Below, one piece after another: positions 1 to 8,478 of a stretch of 48,027 bases of DNA. The notes beneath the pieces are model-generated. The model saw only the letters and a program-made list of their open reading frames with translations. It was not told the DNA's origin and searched no databases. The DNA comes from Acidimicrobiia bacterium (GTDB lineage: Bacteria > Actinomycetota > Acidimicrobiia > Spongiisociales > SHLN01): assembly GCA_041619515.1 (NCBI GenBank), contig JBFKDW010000012.1, positions 1 through 48,027 of the forward strand, in the 5' to 3' direction. The translations under genes were made by a program, and so were the position numbers. Position 1 is the stretch's first letter. Each line of letters begins with the position of its first letter.

Positions 1-1590
1 GAGGACATCGCCGGCAACGCCTGGCGGGACGCGTCCTTCGGCGGCCTCTTTCACACCATCGAAGAGGTTTGGACGGTCAACAAGCTGGAGAAGATCTGGG
101 CGGCAGGCGCCACCCCGTTCGCCAACCTGGAGTTCACCCAGGACGCCGCCACCATCGCCGGTTCGTCGTTGGACGCTCAGATCGCCGTGTGGGCCGGCAA
201 GGTCAAGGAGTGGCTCGATATGGGCGAGGGCCGGTCTCTCATCATTGCTCCGATGCAGGAGATGAACGGCTACGTCGAGGGTTGGGTTCCGTACGGCTAC
301 GACCCCCCGAACTTCAAGATCGGCTACGAGAAGATCCGCTCGATCGTGGAGTCGACGGTCACCGACCCTGACAAGGTGCGGTGGGCGTTCTCTCCAAACG
401 GCTGGTCGGCACCGCCCTACGGCCTCGCCGACTATTACCCGGGCGACGAGATCGTCGACATCATTTCATTCAGCACCTACAACTTCGGATCTCATGACGA
501 GTACAACGGCTGGCTCGAAGCCTCCGAGGCGGTCCTCCCGTACGTCAACGAGGCTCGCGACACCATCCCCGGCGCGTCGGACAAGCCGTTCCTGCTCGCC
601 CAGACGGGCAGCGTCACCGCCGGGGGAGACAAGAACCAGTGGATTCGCGACTTGTTCACCGTCGTAGAAGAAGATCCCAACCTGGTCGGCTTCATCTACT
701 TCAACAAGGATCAAACCAACCCGCTCGGCCATGACTGGTGGATATGGGACACCGACGTCGACCCGTCGTGGAAGCCCGGGTGGTGGGGATATCGGGACGG
801 CATGCGTCGCCCCACCACCTCCTACCAGTTCCCGCTCACCAACTGGTTCCAGCCCGGCCCGCTTCCCTTCGTTCAATACGCCAGCCCGTGCCCCGCCGGC
901 TCCCAGTGCGACTCGATCGCTTTTGTCGACCCGGGATCCGAGATAAACCTCCTCGACGAGATCCACGTCGCAGCATCGACGAATGCCTTCTACTACGGGA
1001 CTCCGGCCGACGTCCCGCTCATGGGCGACTGGGATGGCGACGGCACCGCCACTCCGGGCATGTACCGCCCCTCCAACGGCTTCGTCTACCTCCGCAACAG
1101 CAACACGCAGGGGTTCGCAGACGAGGAGTTCTACTTCGGTGTAGCCGGTGACATACCCATCGTGGGCGATTGGGACAACGACGGCGACGACACCCTGGGG
1201 ATCTACCGGAACGGCCAGGTCTTCATCAAGAACACGCTAGGGACCGGGGTCGCCGACTTCAGCTACTGGTACGGGGTGCCGGGCGATCGGCCCTTTACCG
1301 GAGACTTCGACGGGAACGGGGTGGACACCGTCGGCCTCTACCGGGAGTCATCCGGATACGTGTACTTCCGGAACACCCTCGACACCGGCCCGGCCGATTT
1401 CGAGTTCTTCTACGGGGCGCCGTCCGATCGCATTCTGGCCGGAGACTGGAACGGCAACGGCGTCGATACGGTCGCCGTCTATCGGCCATCGGACAACAAG
1501 GTGTATTTCCGGATGACCAACACCTTCGGCATCGCCGATTTCACCCTCACCGTCGAGCCGGGCTTCGTGGCGGCGATGCGGGCCGACTAG
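1..1590 (+). CDS. GH26-like glycoside hydrolase domain fused to C-terminal GDWDGDG-repeat (FG-GAP/VCBS-like) domain; 5'-partial
   Basis: Frame 1 is open from base 1 (EDIAGNAW...GATPFANLEF). GH26-type motifs PMQEMNG, WAFSPN, YYPGDEIVD, KPFLLAQTG, GFIYFN. Four ~46-aa repeats with GDWDGDG/GDWDNDG/GDFDGNG/GDWNGNG at the C-terminus. Confidence 0.8.
   Translation, partial: EDIAGNAWRDASFGGLFHTIEEVWTVNKLEKIWAAGATPFANLEFTQDAATIAGSSLDAQIAVWAGKVKEWLDMGEGRSLIIAPMQEMNGYVEGWVPYGYDPPNFKIGYEKIRSIVESTVTDPDKVRWAFSPNGWSAPPYGLADYYPGDEIVDIISFSTYNFGSHDEYNGWLEASEAVLPYVNEARDTIPGASDKPFLLAQTGSVTAGGDKNQWIRDLFTVVEEDPNLVGFIYFNKDQTNPLGHDWWIWDTDVDPSWKPGWWGYRDGMRRPTTSYQFPLTNWFQPGPLPFVQYASPCPAGSQCDSIAFVDPGSEINLLDEIHVAASTNAFYYGTPADVPLMGDWDGDGTATPGMYRPSNGFVYLRNSNTQGFADEEFYFGVAGDIPIVGDWDNDGDDTLGIYRNGQVFIKNTLGTGVADFSYWYGVPGDRPFTGDFDGNGVDTVGLYRESSGYVYFRNTLDTGPADFEFFYGAPSDRILAGDWNGNGVDTVAVYRPSDNKVYFRMTNTFGIADFTLTVEPGFVAAMRAD
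988..1580 (+). repeat. Coding repeat module, 4 x ~46 aa (YG.P.D.P..GDW.G.G..T.G.YR.S...Y..N..G.AD..F), copy 1
   Basis: Visible in the translation; the same module recurs at about 2310-2925 (+) and 4925-5550 (-). Confidence 0.85.
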
Positions 1591-1657
1591 ACGGTCGAGC
1601 GCCGTGGCGGGCGCGTCCGATCGCATCCATCCACTGCCGGGTGGCGAGTGGGCGGCG

Positions 1658-1684
1658 TCAAGGATTTCGAGGGCCTGCCGATGC
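1658..1684 (+). promoter_or_regulatory. Putative sigma28/FliA/WhiG-type promoter TCAAG-N14-GCCGATGC
   Basis: TCAAG 1658-1662, 14-nt spacer, GCCGAT 1677-1682. Same geometry as the sigma28 consensus TAAAG-N14-GCCGATAA. The motif recurs at 7045-7071 and 19328-19355. Confidence 0.6.
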
Positions 1685-1723
1685 TTTCCGTGACTATCAA
1701 CATCACTGAAAGCGTTCACCAGT

Positions 1724-2929
1724 TTGACGGTTCGCAAGCTCCTCCTGCTCATGACGGCCCTGCTCATGGCTCTGACGGCTGCGGCGCTCCCAGCCGGGGC
1801 CGCCGGCACCAACGAGGCCGTCGCCGAATCGGAGTTTCTCCGTCTCATCAACCAGCGGCGGGCTGAGCTGAGCCTTGCCCCGCTCGCCGCTTACTGGGAT
1901 CTCGTCGATGATGCCAGGGAACACAGCCGGTTCCAGTCGGAGGACCGGTGCGGGGGTGGTGAGCGGATCTGTCACAACCCGGCGCTGGGAAGCGTCACCA
2001 CCGGCTGGTATGCGCTCGGGGAGAACGTGGGTGTGGGATACGACGTCGACGGCCTCGACCGGGCCTTTTGGGCCTCGCCGGCACATCAGGCCAACGTCGT
2101 CGGCAACTACAACTACGCCGGGGTCGGTGTCGTGGTGCGAGACGACGGTGCGCTGTATGTGACCGTCGTGTTCATGCGAGGCCCCGAGGGCCTGGCCGCC
2201 TCTCCGCCGGGCGGCGACGGAGCGTTCGCCTTTCCGGCCGGTGCAGATCGGGTGGGGCTCCACAACGGCGACCGGGGAACCTGGACCCTCGAGGGCTGGG
2301 CCTCCGGCTTCCACTACGGGGTGCCTTCCGACGTTCCGGTGCCGTGCGATTGGGACGGCGACGGAGACACCACCGTCGGGCTCTACCGCCGCTCCTCCGG
2401 TTACCTCTATCTCCGCAACACGAACTCGTTTGGGATCGCCGATATCGCCGTCTTCTACGGAATACCCGAAGATGTGCCGCTGTGCGGCGACTGGGACGGC
2501 GACGGCGTCGAGACTATCGGGATCTACCGGCCCTCGAAATCGACCTTCTACCTGCGCAACAGCAACTCGCTCGGGTTCGCCGACGTCGAGTTCCGCTTCG
2601 GGCAAGCCGGTGACGTGCCGCTCACCGGGGACTGGTTCGGGCTCGGCCATGACAGCGCCGCCGTCTACCGACCGGAGACCGGGATGCTCTACCTCGCCGA
2701 CGGGCGCAACGCACTCGGGAACATCCTGGCCGTGCCGCGCGCCGATATTCTTCCCACCGATCAGGTGCTGGCCGGCGACTGGAATGCAGACGGCACCGAC
2801 ACTCTCGGCGTGTACCGCTCGAGCACCGGCGAGTTCGTTCTCCTCCTGGACCACCAGCCGGATCCCGCAACTGCGGTCGTCAGCTTCGGGGCCGGGGGCC
2901 AGTACGCAGTGGCGGGCGCCTGGTCCTAG
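1724..2929 (+). CDS. Secreted CAP (SCP-like) domain protein with C-terminal GDWDGDG-repeat domain
   Basis: Signal peptide (LLLLMTALLMALTAAALPAGAA). CAP motifs LINQRRA, AREHS, GENVG, SPAHQANV, GVGV. Four GDW repeats. Start is TTG 1724 or ATG 1751. Confidence 0.85.
   Translation: MTVRKLLLLMTALLMALTAAALPAGAAGTNEAVAESEFLRLINQRRAELSLAPLAAYWDLVDDAREHSRFQSEDRCGGGERICHNPALGSVTTGWYALGENVGVGYDVDGLDRAFWASPAHQANVVGNYNYAGVGVVVRDDGALYVTVVFMRGPEGLAASPPGGDGAFAFPAGADRVGLHNGDRGTWTLEGWASGFHYGVPSDVPVPCDWDGDGDTTVGLYRRSSGYLYLRNTNSFGIADIAVFYGIPEDVPLCGDWDGDGVETIGIYRPSKSTFYLRNSNSLGFADVEFRFGQAGDVPLTGDWFGLGHDSAAVYRPETGMLYLADGRNALGNILAVPRADILPTDQVLAGDWNADGTDTLGVYRSSTGEFVLLLDHQPDPATAVVSFGAGGQYAVAGAWS
2310..2925 (+). repeat. 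Coding GDWDGDG repeat module, copy 2
   Basis: CDWDGDG, GDWDGDG, GDWFGLG, GDWNADG, plus terminal AVAGAW. Confidence 0.85.
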
Positions 2930-2989
2930 CCCGGGAGGCCGGCCGCCAGCTCGAGCTCGGGCGAGCCGCACCCCAGAATCAGGCGGGCT

Positions 2990-3703
2990 CTAGGCAGTCA
3001 CCTCCCTGTCCCTGCCCACCAGGTGCCGGGCTGAGCCACTGCCCGGGCGGATGAGCTTGACGCCGACGACGAGGGTCCACACGAAAGGAATCAGAAGACC
3101 AATGGCGGCGACCAGAGCGAGGGCACTCTCGTCGTCTTCTCCGAACACCCACAGGGTTCCGATTGCCATGAGCAGCGCGCCGACGGCTCCCAGCCATCCG
3201 ATCCATCTAGCCAGCACCCCGCTGCGAATGATCACGACCGCCGCCCCCGTCAGGAACAGCCCCATGGCCCACGGCAGCAGCGCGAGGAATATCACCGTAT
3301 CGAACCGACTCAGCGCCACCAGCGAGGCATCTGACAGTTGCTCGGCCGTGCCCTGGCTCAATACCTCATGGAACGAGAGGCCGACGATCGAGATGGCGGT
3401 CGCCAGGACCGCGCCCGTATACGACAATCGCGCCCACATCTCATGGTCTCCGTCGTCCGCCTCGGCCAGCAGGCTCCTCAGACCTGCTGCGAACGGAAGG
3501 AACAGAAACACGAGCCCCAACCCGGCAAGCCAGGTCCCCGTGTGGATCGCCACGTCGTCGTCTACGAAGAACTTGCGCACATCTGCCGCGGAGTCGTCGT
3601 AGACGGGTTGCTGACCGATCACGAAACCAACGATCACTATTGCGCCGAACGCAACCCCCGCATATCCCGCGATTCGCCTTCCCGACCAAGAATCTGGCGT
3701 CAT
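2990..3703 (-). CDS. Integral membrane protein, ~6 TM (DUF4386-like)
   Basis: Hydrophobic helices throughout, an LARWIGWLG motif, and RBS GGGAGG upstream of the ATG. Confidence 0.75.
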   Translation of the reverse strand: MTPDSWSGRRIAGYAGVAFGAIVIVGFVIGQQPVYDDSAADVRKFFVDDDVAIHTGTWLAGLGLVFLFLPFAAGLRSLLAEADDGDHEMWARLSYTGAVLATAISIVGLSFHEVLSQGTAEQLSDASLVALSRFDTVIFLALLPWAMGLFLTGAAVVIIRSGVLARWIGWLGAVGALLMAIGTLWVFGEDDESALALVAAIGLLIPFVWTLVVGVKLIRPGSGSARHLVGRDREVTA

Positions 3704-3786
3704 TTCGTTCCTCCCAGGCTCGAGTACCGCGGCCCGGCTCTACCACCGGATAGTGACGACTTGACTCCTGGCGAAGCCGTGATCGT

Positions 3787-3802
3787 AGGGTCGAAAGACC
3801 CT
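3787..3802. other. Perfect inverted repeat AGGGTC-GAAA-GACCCT (hairpin or operator)
   Basis: 6-bp stem with GAAA loop in the intergenic region, directly next to the Rex/CRP-like box. Confidence 0.4.
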
Positions 3803-3810
3803 TTGTGAAA

Positions 3811-3828
3811 TTGTGAAAACACTCACAA
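3811..3828. promoter_or_regulatory. Rex- or CRP/GlxR-type operator TTGTGAA-AACA-CTCACAA
   Basis: One mismatch to the Rex consensus TTGTGAA-N4-TTCACAA and a perfect TGTGA-N6-TCACA. AT-rich island upstream of the 3703 gene, with an extra half site TTGTGAAA at 3803-3810. Confidence 0.65.
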
Positions 3829-3906
3829 GATCGCGCCGTGGCTCGCGCCGATTCCCACGCGTCGCGTCGTTCGGTGAGGGGTCAAAGAAGCCCGCGGCTG
3901 CCTGGC

Positions 3907-4923
3907 TCAGGAGACGAAAAGCCGCACCAGGCGGAGATACCAGACGGCGAGCCGGCTGGCTGATCGTACCAGCGGGTGAATCTCGAACTGGTTGATCCCG
4001 TCGAAGGCGGCGTCCATCGTGGCCAGGATCGCACCGTCGCTCACGGTGCGAATCGAGCGGGAGCGGTCGGCCTCCTGGCGGAGGAGGGGCAGCAGCCGGA
4101 AGAAGTCGCGCCAGCTCTGGATCTTCTGGTCGATCCAGCCGTGACGGATGGCGGCCGCCACCACTGCCACCTCAACGAGCACCAGCGCCGGTGCCAGCAG
4201 CACCAGCGTGGCCGGCTGGTAATTGGCCAGGACCATGCGGAGGCGGTTGCGCTCCAGGTAGTACATCTTGCGTTCATGCCGCTCGAACTCGTAGTCGTGC
4301 GACACCCGGGCCGACGGCACCTGGACGCTCTTGAGGCCCATGAGCCGGAGGCGCCAGCCGAGGTCGACATCCTCGAGGTAGAGGAAGTATTCGTCGCGGA
4401 ATCCGCCGAGGTGGTCGAACAGGCTCCGGCTGATCACAAAGGCGGCGCCCGAGGGAAACGGGACCTCCCGCTCGGTCAATCCGGCTGGGATGGGCTCGCC
4501 ACTATTGGTCGACCAGGCGAATCCGAGGTAGGTGAGGGAGCTGCCGGAGGTGAACCAGTGACCCGGGGAGTAGGTGAGATCCATCACCGGCATGGCGGCT
4601 CCCACCGATTCGTCGGCGATGGCCGCAACCAGGGGAGGAAGCCAGCCGGGCGCCGGCTCGGTGTCGGGGTTGAGGAACGCGATCACCTCACCGCGCGTCA
4701 GCGACGCGCCCAGATTGCAGCCGTAGGCGAACCCGTGGTTCTCGTCCAGGGTGACCAGCTTGACACCGAGCCGTTCGACGATGGCGATCGTGTCGTCGGT
4801 CGAGGCGTTGTCGACCACGATGATCTCCTCGGGCCCGTCCGGGTCGCTCAGCAGAATCCCGAGGGACGCCTCGATATGCGCCTGGGAGTTGTGCGTTACC
4901 AGGACGAGCGAGACGGGTGTCAA
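3907..4923 (-). CDS. Glycosyltransferase family 2 (GT2, rhamnosyltransferase/WbbL-like)
   Basis: VVDNASTD, GFAYGCN, FLNPD, YLEDVDLGWR. Start is TTG 4923 (overlapping the upstream TGA) or GTG 4935. Confidence 0.9.
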   Translation of the reverse strand: MTPVSLVLVTHNSQAHIEASLGILLSDPDGPEEIIVVDNASTDDTIAIVERLGVKLVTLDENHGFAYGCNLGASLTRGEVIAFLNPDTEPAPGWLPPLVAAIADESVGAAMPVMDLTYSPGHWFTSGSSLTYLGFAWSTNSGEPIPAGLTEREVPFPSGAAFVISRSLFDHLGGFRDEYFLYLEDVDLGWRLRLMGLKSVQVPSARVSHDYEFERHERKMYYLERNRLRMVLANYQPATLVLLAPALVLVEVAVVAAAIRHGWIDQKIQSWRDFFRLLPLLRQEADRSRSIRTVSDGAILATMDAAFDGINQFEIHPLVRSASRLAVWYLRLVRLFVS

Positions 4924-7037
4924 CCGGCGTCCCACACCCCGGCGACCGGGGTCATGTGCGCCTGGCCGAATTCGATGATGTGATTGGCGTACGGCATCGT
5001 GAAGTCGTCCCGAAGATAGAACGTGAGGTCCGGCGGGCGAAACACCCCCACCGTGTCGACGCCGTCGCCGTCCCAGTCTCCGGTGATGATCTTGTCCTCG
5101 GGAATGGTGTTGTAGGCGTAGCTGATGTCGATGGACGGGTTGGCCAGCGAGTTGGTCAGCGAAACCGTCCGGCTCACCGGATCGTAGAGGCCGACCGAGT
5201 CGAGCCCGTCGCCGTCCCAGTCACCTGCCAGCGGAACCGAGCCCGGAGCTGCCAGGACCGTCGCAATGTCGGCGAACTGGGTCTGGTTGGTGTTTGCCAG
5301 ATAGAAGGTCCGGTTCGAGGGCCGAAACACGCCGATCGTCTCGGTCCCGTTCCCGTCCCAGTCACCACAGATGGGCACGTCTTCGGGAATGCCGAAGTAG
5401 AAGTCGTTCTCGGCAATCCCGAAGTCGTTCGAGTCCCGCAGGTACATGAAGCCCGATACCGCCCGATAGAGGCCGACGGTACTCACGCCGTCGAGCCCGT
5501 CCCAGTCACAGGTCATCGGGATGTCGCCGGGGATGCCGTAGTAGAAGGCCGGGCGGACGGTTCCGTCGGCGTCGCGGACATACCACCGGCCGGTGCCGGG
5601 TTCGTGCATGGCGACCTGGTCGGCCGCACTGTCGCCGCCGCCGGTGCCCACCCAGCCATCGGGCACGAACTTCTCCACCGAGGTGATTTGCATCGAGTAC
5701 AGGCCGAGTTGGGTTCGCAGGTGGCGGGCGTAGCGGGTCACGGAGGCGGGCGCCCCGTTGTCGGTTCCCGAGAACGTGACCTGCAGTGCCGACTGGTGCT
5801 GGGTCCCCTCTCGGAGCCACGAGATGATCGTCACGTCTTCCAGCTCGTCCAGCCCTACCCGAGCTGCGAGCTGGGAGGCGGTGAACTCCTCCTCCCACGT
5901 GCCGAGTGGATTCCCCGCCGGCGGCGAAAGGGACCAGGGATCCGGCACGCCCACCAGGTAGCCGGGTGTGAAGGCGGAGCCGAAGGCCACCCCCGAATCC
6001 TCGGTGTGGCCGAACGTGGAAGAGGAGTAGTAGGTCGGGACTGCGATCGGCTCACCCGGCCTGGGATGGAATGGCGGGGCGGCTACTTCGGCGTGGTAGA
6101 GCACGGTCCCGGCGGTGGAGTCGACCGCAGCCAGCCACTCGGCGGTGCCCCTGCCCCAGCCGGCGTAGTGCTGGTCGACGGTCGAATCGTAGAGCTGGCA
6201 CCAGCACAGCTCCTGGCGGAGCGCGGATTCCTCCGGTGAGCCCCGCAGCGCCTGCTTGTTTGCCGCATACGAGCGGCCGGCAACAGCCTGTGCGGCCAGT
6301 GCCTCGGGGTGCCAGCTGTAGGGAACCTCCAGCAAGCCGTACAGGTAGTGCTCCATGTCCACTCGCGCAACGAGGTGGAAGCCGGTCACCGGGTCACCGG
6401 CGGCGGCGTTGGGGCGAATGAGGAGGGTTCCCCGCGAGTAGCAGCGCTCACCGGACCGGTCGCACGAGGGATCGGCGTCCACCACCGTCGTGTCGAGCGC
6501 GACGGTCGGCGAGTCGGACCAGCCGTCCCATTCCAGATCGAAGTTGCACGGACCGGCCGGCCAGGACGTAGCACCGACGCTGAACAAACACCCGTCGGGC
6601 GTGAACTGGAATGTCATGATGTTGTTGGGACCGGGGAACACGTCGGCACGTTCTGCGCCGCGGGTCACCGTGACCGCATGCGGAGTTCCCGCCAGCGGCC
6701 ACACCCGGATGTCCTGGTGAGTCAGATTCTGCTCTAGCCCCACCCACACCGGCCCTTCGTCGCCGATCTGACCGGAGAGGGGGTCGGGGCGGAGCTCGGC
6801 GAAACTCACGCCGGTGAAGTAGGCGCCGAGTATCTGCTGCCAGCTCCGGCCCTCCAGCGCTTGACCCTGCGCCCCGTACTGGCTCATGCCGGTGCCGTGC
6901 CCGTACCCGCCACCAGAGAAGGTGAAGGTGGGCTCGTCGGGGGGGTCGGCGGCGGCGGTGCCGGGCACGAGCAGAAGCGACACGGCCAGGACGATGCTCA
7001 GCCAACGCCCAGCGTGCGCGGCCAGGAAGCTTTTCAT
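4920..7037 (-). CDS. Secreted SpoIID/LytB-domain protein (putative lytic transglycosylase) with C-terminal GDWDGDG-repeat domain
   Basis: Signal peptide from ATG 7037. GGYGHGTGMSQYGA, EHYLYGLLEVPYSW, ALAAQAVAGRSYA, DQHYAG, YYSSST. Four GDW repeats. Confidence 0.88.
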   Translation of the reverse strand: MKSFLAAHAGRWLSIVLAVSLLLVPGTAAADPPDEPTFTFSGGGYGHGTGMSQYGAQGQALEGRSWQQILGAYFTGVSFAELRPDPLSGQIGDEGPVWVGLEQNLTHQDIRVWPLAGTPHAVTVTRGAERADVFPGPNNIMTFQFTPDGCLFSVGATSWPAGPCNFDLEWDGWSDSPTVALDTTVVDADPSCDRSGERCYSRGTLLIRPNAAAGDPVTGFHLVARVDMEHYLYGLLEVPYSWHPEALAAQAVAGRSYAANKQALRGSPEESALRQELCWCQLYDSTVDQHYAGWGRGTAEWLAAVDSTAGTVLYHAEVAAPPFHPRPGEPIAVPTYYSSSTFGHTEDSGVAFGSAFTPGYLVGVPDPWSLSPPAGNPLGTWEEEFTASQLAARVGLDELEDVTIISWLREGTQHQSALQVTFSGTDNGAPASVTRYARHLRTQLGLYSMQITSVEKFVPDGWVGTGGGDSAADQVAMHEPGTGRWYVRDADGTVRPAFYYGIPGDIPMTCDWDGLDGVSTVGLYRAVSGFMYLRDSNDFGIAENDFYFGIPEDVPICGDWDGNGTETIGVFRPSNRTFYLANTNQTQFADIATVLAAPGSVPLAGDWDGDGLDSVGLYDPVSRTVSLTNSLANPSIDISYAYNTIPEDKIITGDWDGDGVDTVGVFRPPDLTFYLRDDFTMPYANHIIEFGQAHMTPVAGVWDAG
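4925..5550 (-). repeat. Coding GDWDGDG repeat module, copy 3
   Basis: CDWDGLDG, GDWDGNG, GDWDGDG, GDWDGDG, plus terminal PVAGVW. Confidence 0.85.
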
Positions 7038-7044
7038 ACGAAAA

Positions 7045-7071
7045 ATGTCGGCATGTGCTCCGCTTCCTTGA
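7045..7071 (-). promoter_or_regulatory. Putative sigma28/WhiG-type promoter TCAAG-N14-GCCGACAT; probably gives a leaderless mRNA
   Basis: On the minus strand: TCAAG (7071-7067), 14 nt, GCCGACAT (7052-7045), then 7 nt to ATG 7037. Confidence 0.6.
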
Positions 7072-7199
7072 TGCCCGCCTGGATTGTACGGGTATCGCGA
7101 AAAGCATGCCAAGCACGTGGGTCGGGGGCCCGTGTGGTGTCGCACCGGGCTGAACCGGAGGACACCGGCCCGACGCGTCTGAACAGAACCGGGTGCCCG

Positions 7200-8369
7200 C
7201 TATCCCCGGGCGACGGTGCCGGCCGGAACGCAGTACTCGTCGTACTCCACCAGGCGGGGTGGGGCCGATTCGTCGGCGCAGGCCGGGCATCCGGGGTCGC
7301 GGCGGAAGGTGAGCCGTCGGAACTCACCGTCGAGGGCGTCGAACGCCAGCAAGGTGCCGATCAGCGGGTCGCCGATGCCGAGCAGCAGCTTGACGGTCTC
7401 GAGGGCCTGGATGGATCCGATGATGCCCGGCAAGACCCCCAGCACGCCCGCCTCGGCACACGACGGCGCCAGATCCGCCGGCGGCGGGCTGGCCGACAGG
7501 CAGCGGTAGCAGGGGCCCTCATATGGCTTGAAGACGGTGACCTGGCCCTCGAACCGGAACACCGATCCATGTACCACAGCCCGCTTTGCGTGCAGCGCCG
7601 CGTCGTTGAGGAGGTATCGGGTCGGGAAGTTGTCCGCGCCGTCGACGATCACATCGTGCGCCGCCACCAGGTCGAGCACGTTGTCGGCGCCGAGCCGTTC
7701 CTTGTAGGCCACCACCGTCACGTCCGGGTTGATGTTGCGCAGGGTCTCCCGCGCCGACTCCACCTTCGGGCTCCCCACTCGATCGACCCCGTGCAGGATC
7801 TGTCGCTGCAGATTGGAGATATCGACCACATCGTGATCGATGATGCCGAGGGTGCCCACTCCCGCCGCCGCCAGGTAGAGGGCGGCGGGGGATCCGAGGC
7901 CGCCTGCGCCCACCAGCAGGACGCGCGAGTCGAGCAGCCGGGCCTGTCCGGCTTCACCCACCTCGGGGAGCAGCAGATGCCTGCTGTAGCGGCTGCGCTG
8001 GTCGCCGCGCAGCGTGAGCGGCGTGTCCCATTGCAGGCCCTCTCGCTTCCACCGTTCGACGCCACCCGCCAGCGAGCTCACGTTGTCGTAGCCCAGGTCT
8101 TCGAGCGATACGGCGGCCAGCGCCGATCGTTCACCCACTGCGCAGTAGAGGATGATTTCTGACGACGTATCGGGCACCCGGCTCCCGATCGTGCTTTCGA
8201 GCACCCCGCGGGGGATGTGGGTGGCATCGGCGATCGCTCCCAGCGCGTACTCATCGCTCTCTCGCACGTCGATGAAGACCGCCCGCCCGATGGCGGCGGC
8301 GGCTTCGGCGGGGTTCACCTCGTGGATCCGCTCCCGGGCTGCGGCCACGAGCTCCTTGAAGGTCGGCAT
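7200..8369 (-). CDS. moeB: Molybdopterin-synthase adenylyltransferase MoeB/ThiF family with N-terminal rhodanese domain
   Basis: Rhodanese IDVRE...YCAVGERS. ThiF motifs RYSRHLLLPEVG, GAGGLGS, SNLQRQILH, PCYRC, CAEAGVLG, CPAC. Confidence 0.92.
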   Translation of the reverse strand: MPTFKELVAAARERIHEVNPAEAAAAIGRAVFIDVRESDEYALGAIADATHIPRGVLESTIGSRVPDTSSEIILYCAVGERSALAAVSLEDLGYDNVSSLAGGVERWKREGLQWDTPLTLRGDQRSRYSRHLLLPEVGEAGQARLLDSRVLLVGAGGLGSPAALYLAAAGVGTLGIIDHDVVDISNLQRQILHGVDRVGSPKVESARETLRNINPDVTVVAYKERLGADNVLDLVAAHDVIVDGADNFPTRYLLNDAALHAKRAVVHGSVFRFEGQVTVFKPYEGPCYRCLSASPPPADLAPSCAEAGVLGVLPGIIGSIQALETVKLLLGIGDPLIGTLLAFDALDGEFRRLTFRRDPGCPACADESAPPRLVEYDEYCVPAGTVARG

Positions 8370-8478
8370 GACCAGAGTTTATCTGCCGCCGCTTCTCGGC
8401 AAGCTCGGCCGCGGTGCCGGGCTCGGGCATGCCCTCGCCGCCGACGGGAGAAAAGTTTCGCGTCCTGGACCATACCCG

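Noticed and set aside
3740..3764. TCAAG on the minus strand upstream of the membrane-protein gene as another sigma28 promoter
   Set aside because: No GCCGA at 14-15 nt spacing.
988..5550. Recurring GGCGACTGGGACGGCGACGG-like DNA repeats as a possible CRISPR or DGR-type repeat
   Set aside because: They are in-frame protein repeats with synonymous divergence, ~140-nt periodicity and homologous intervening sequence; no cas or reverse transcriptase gene.
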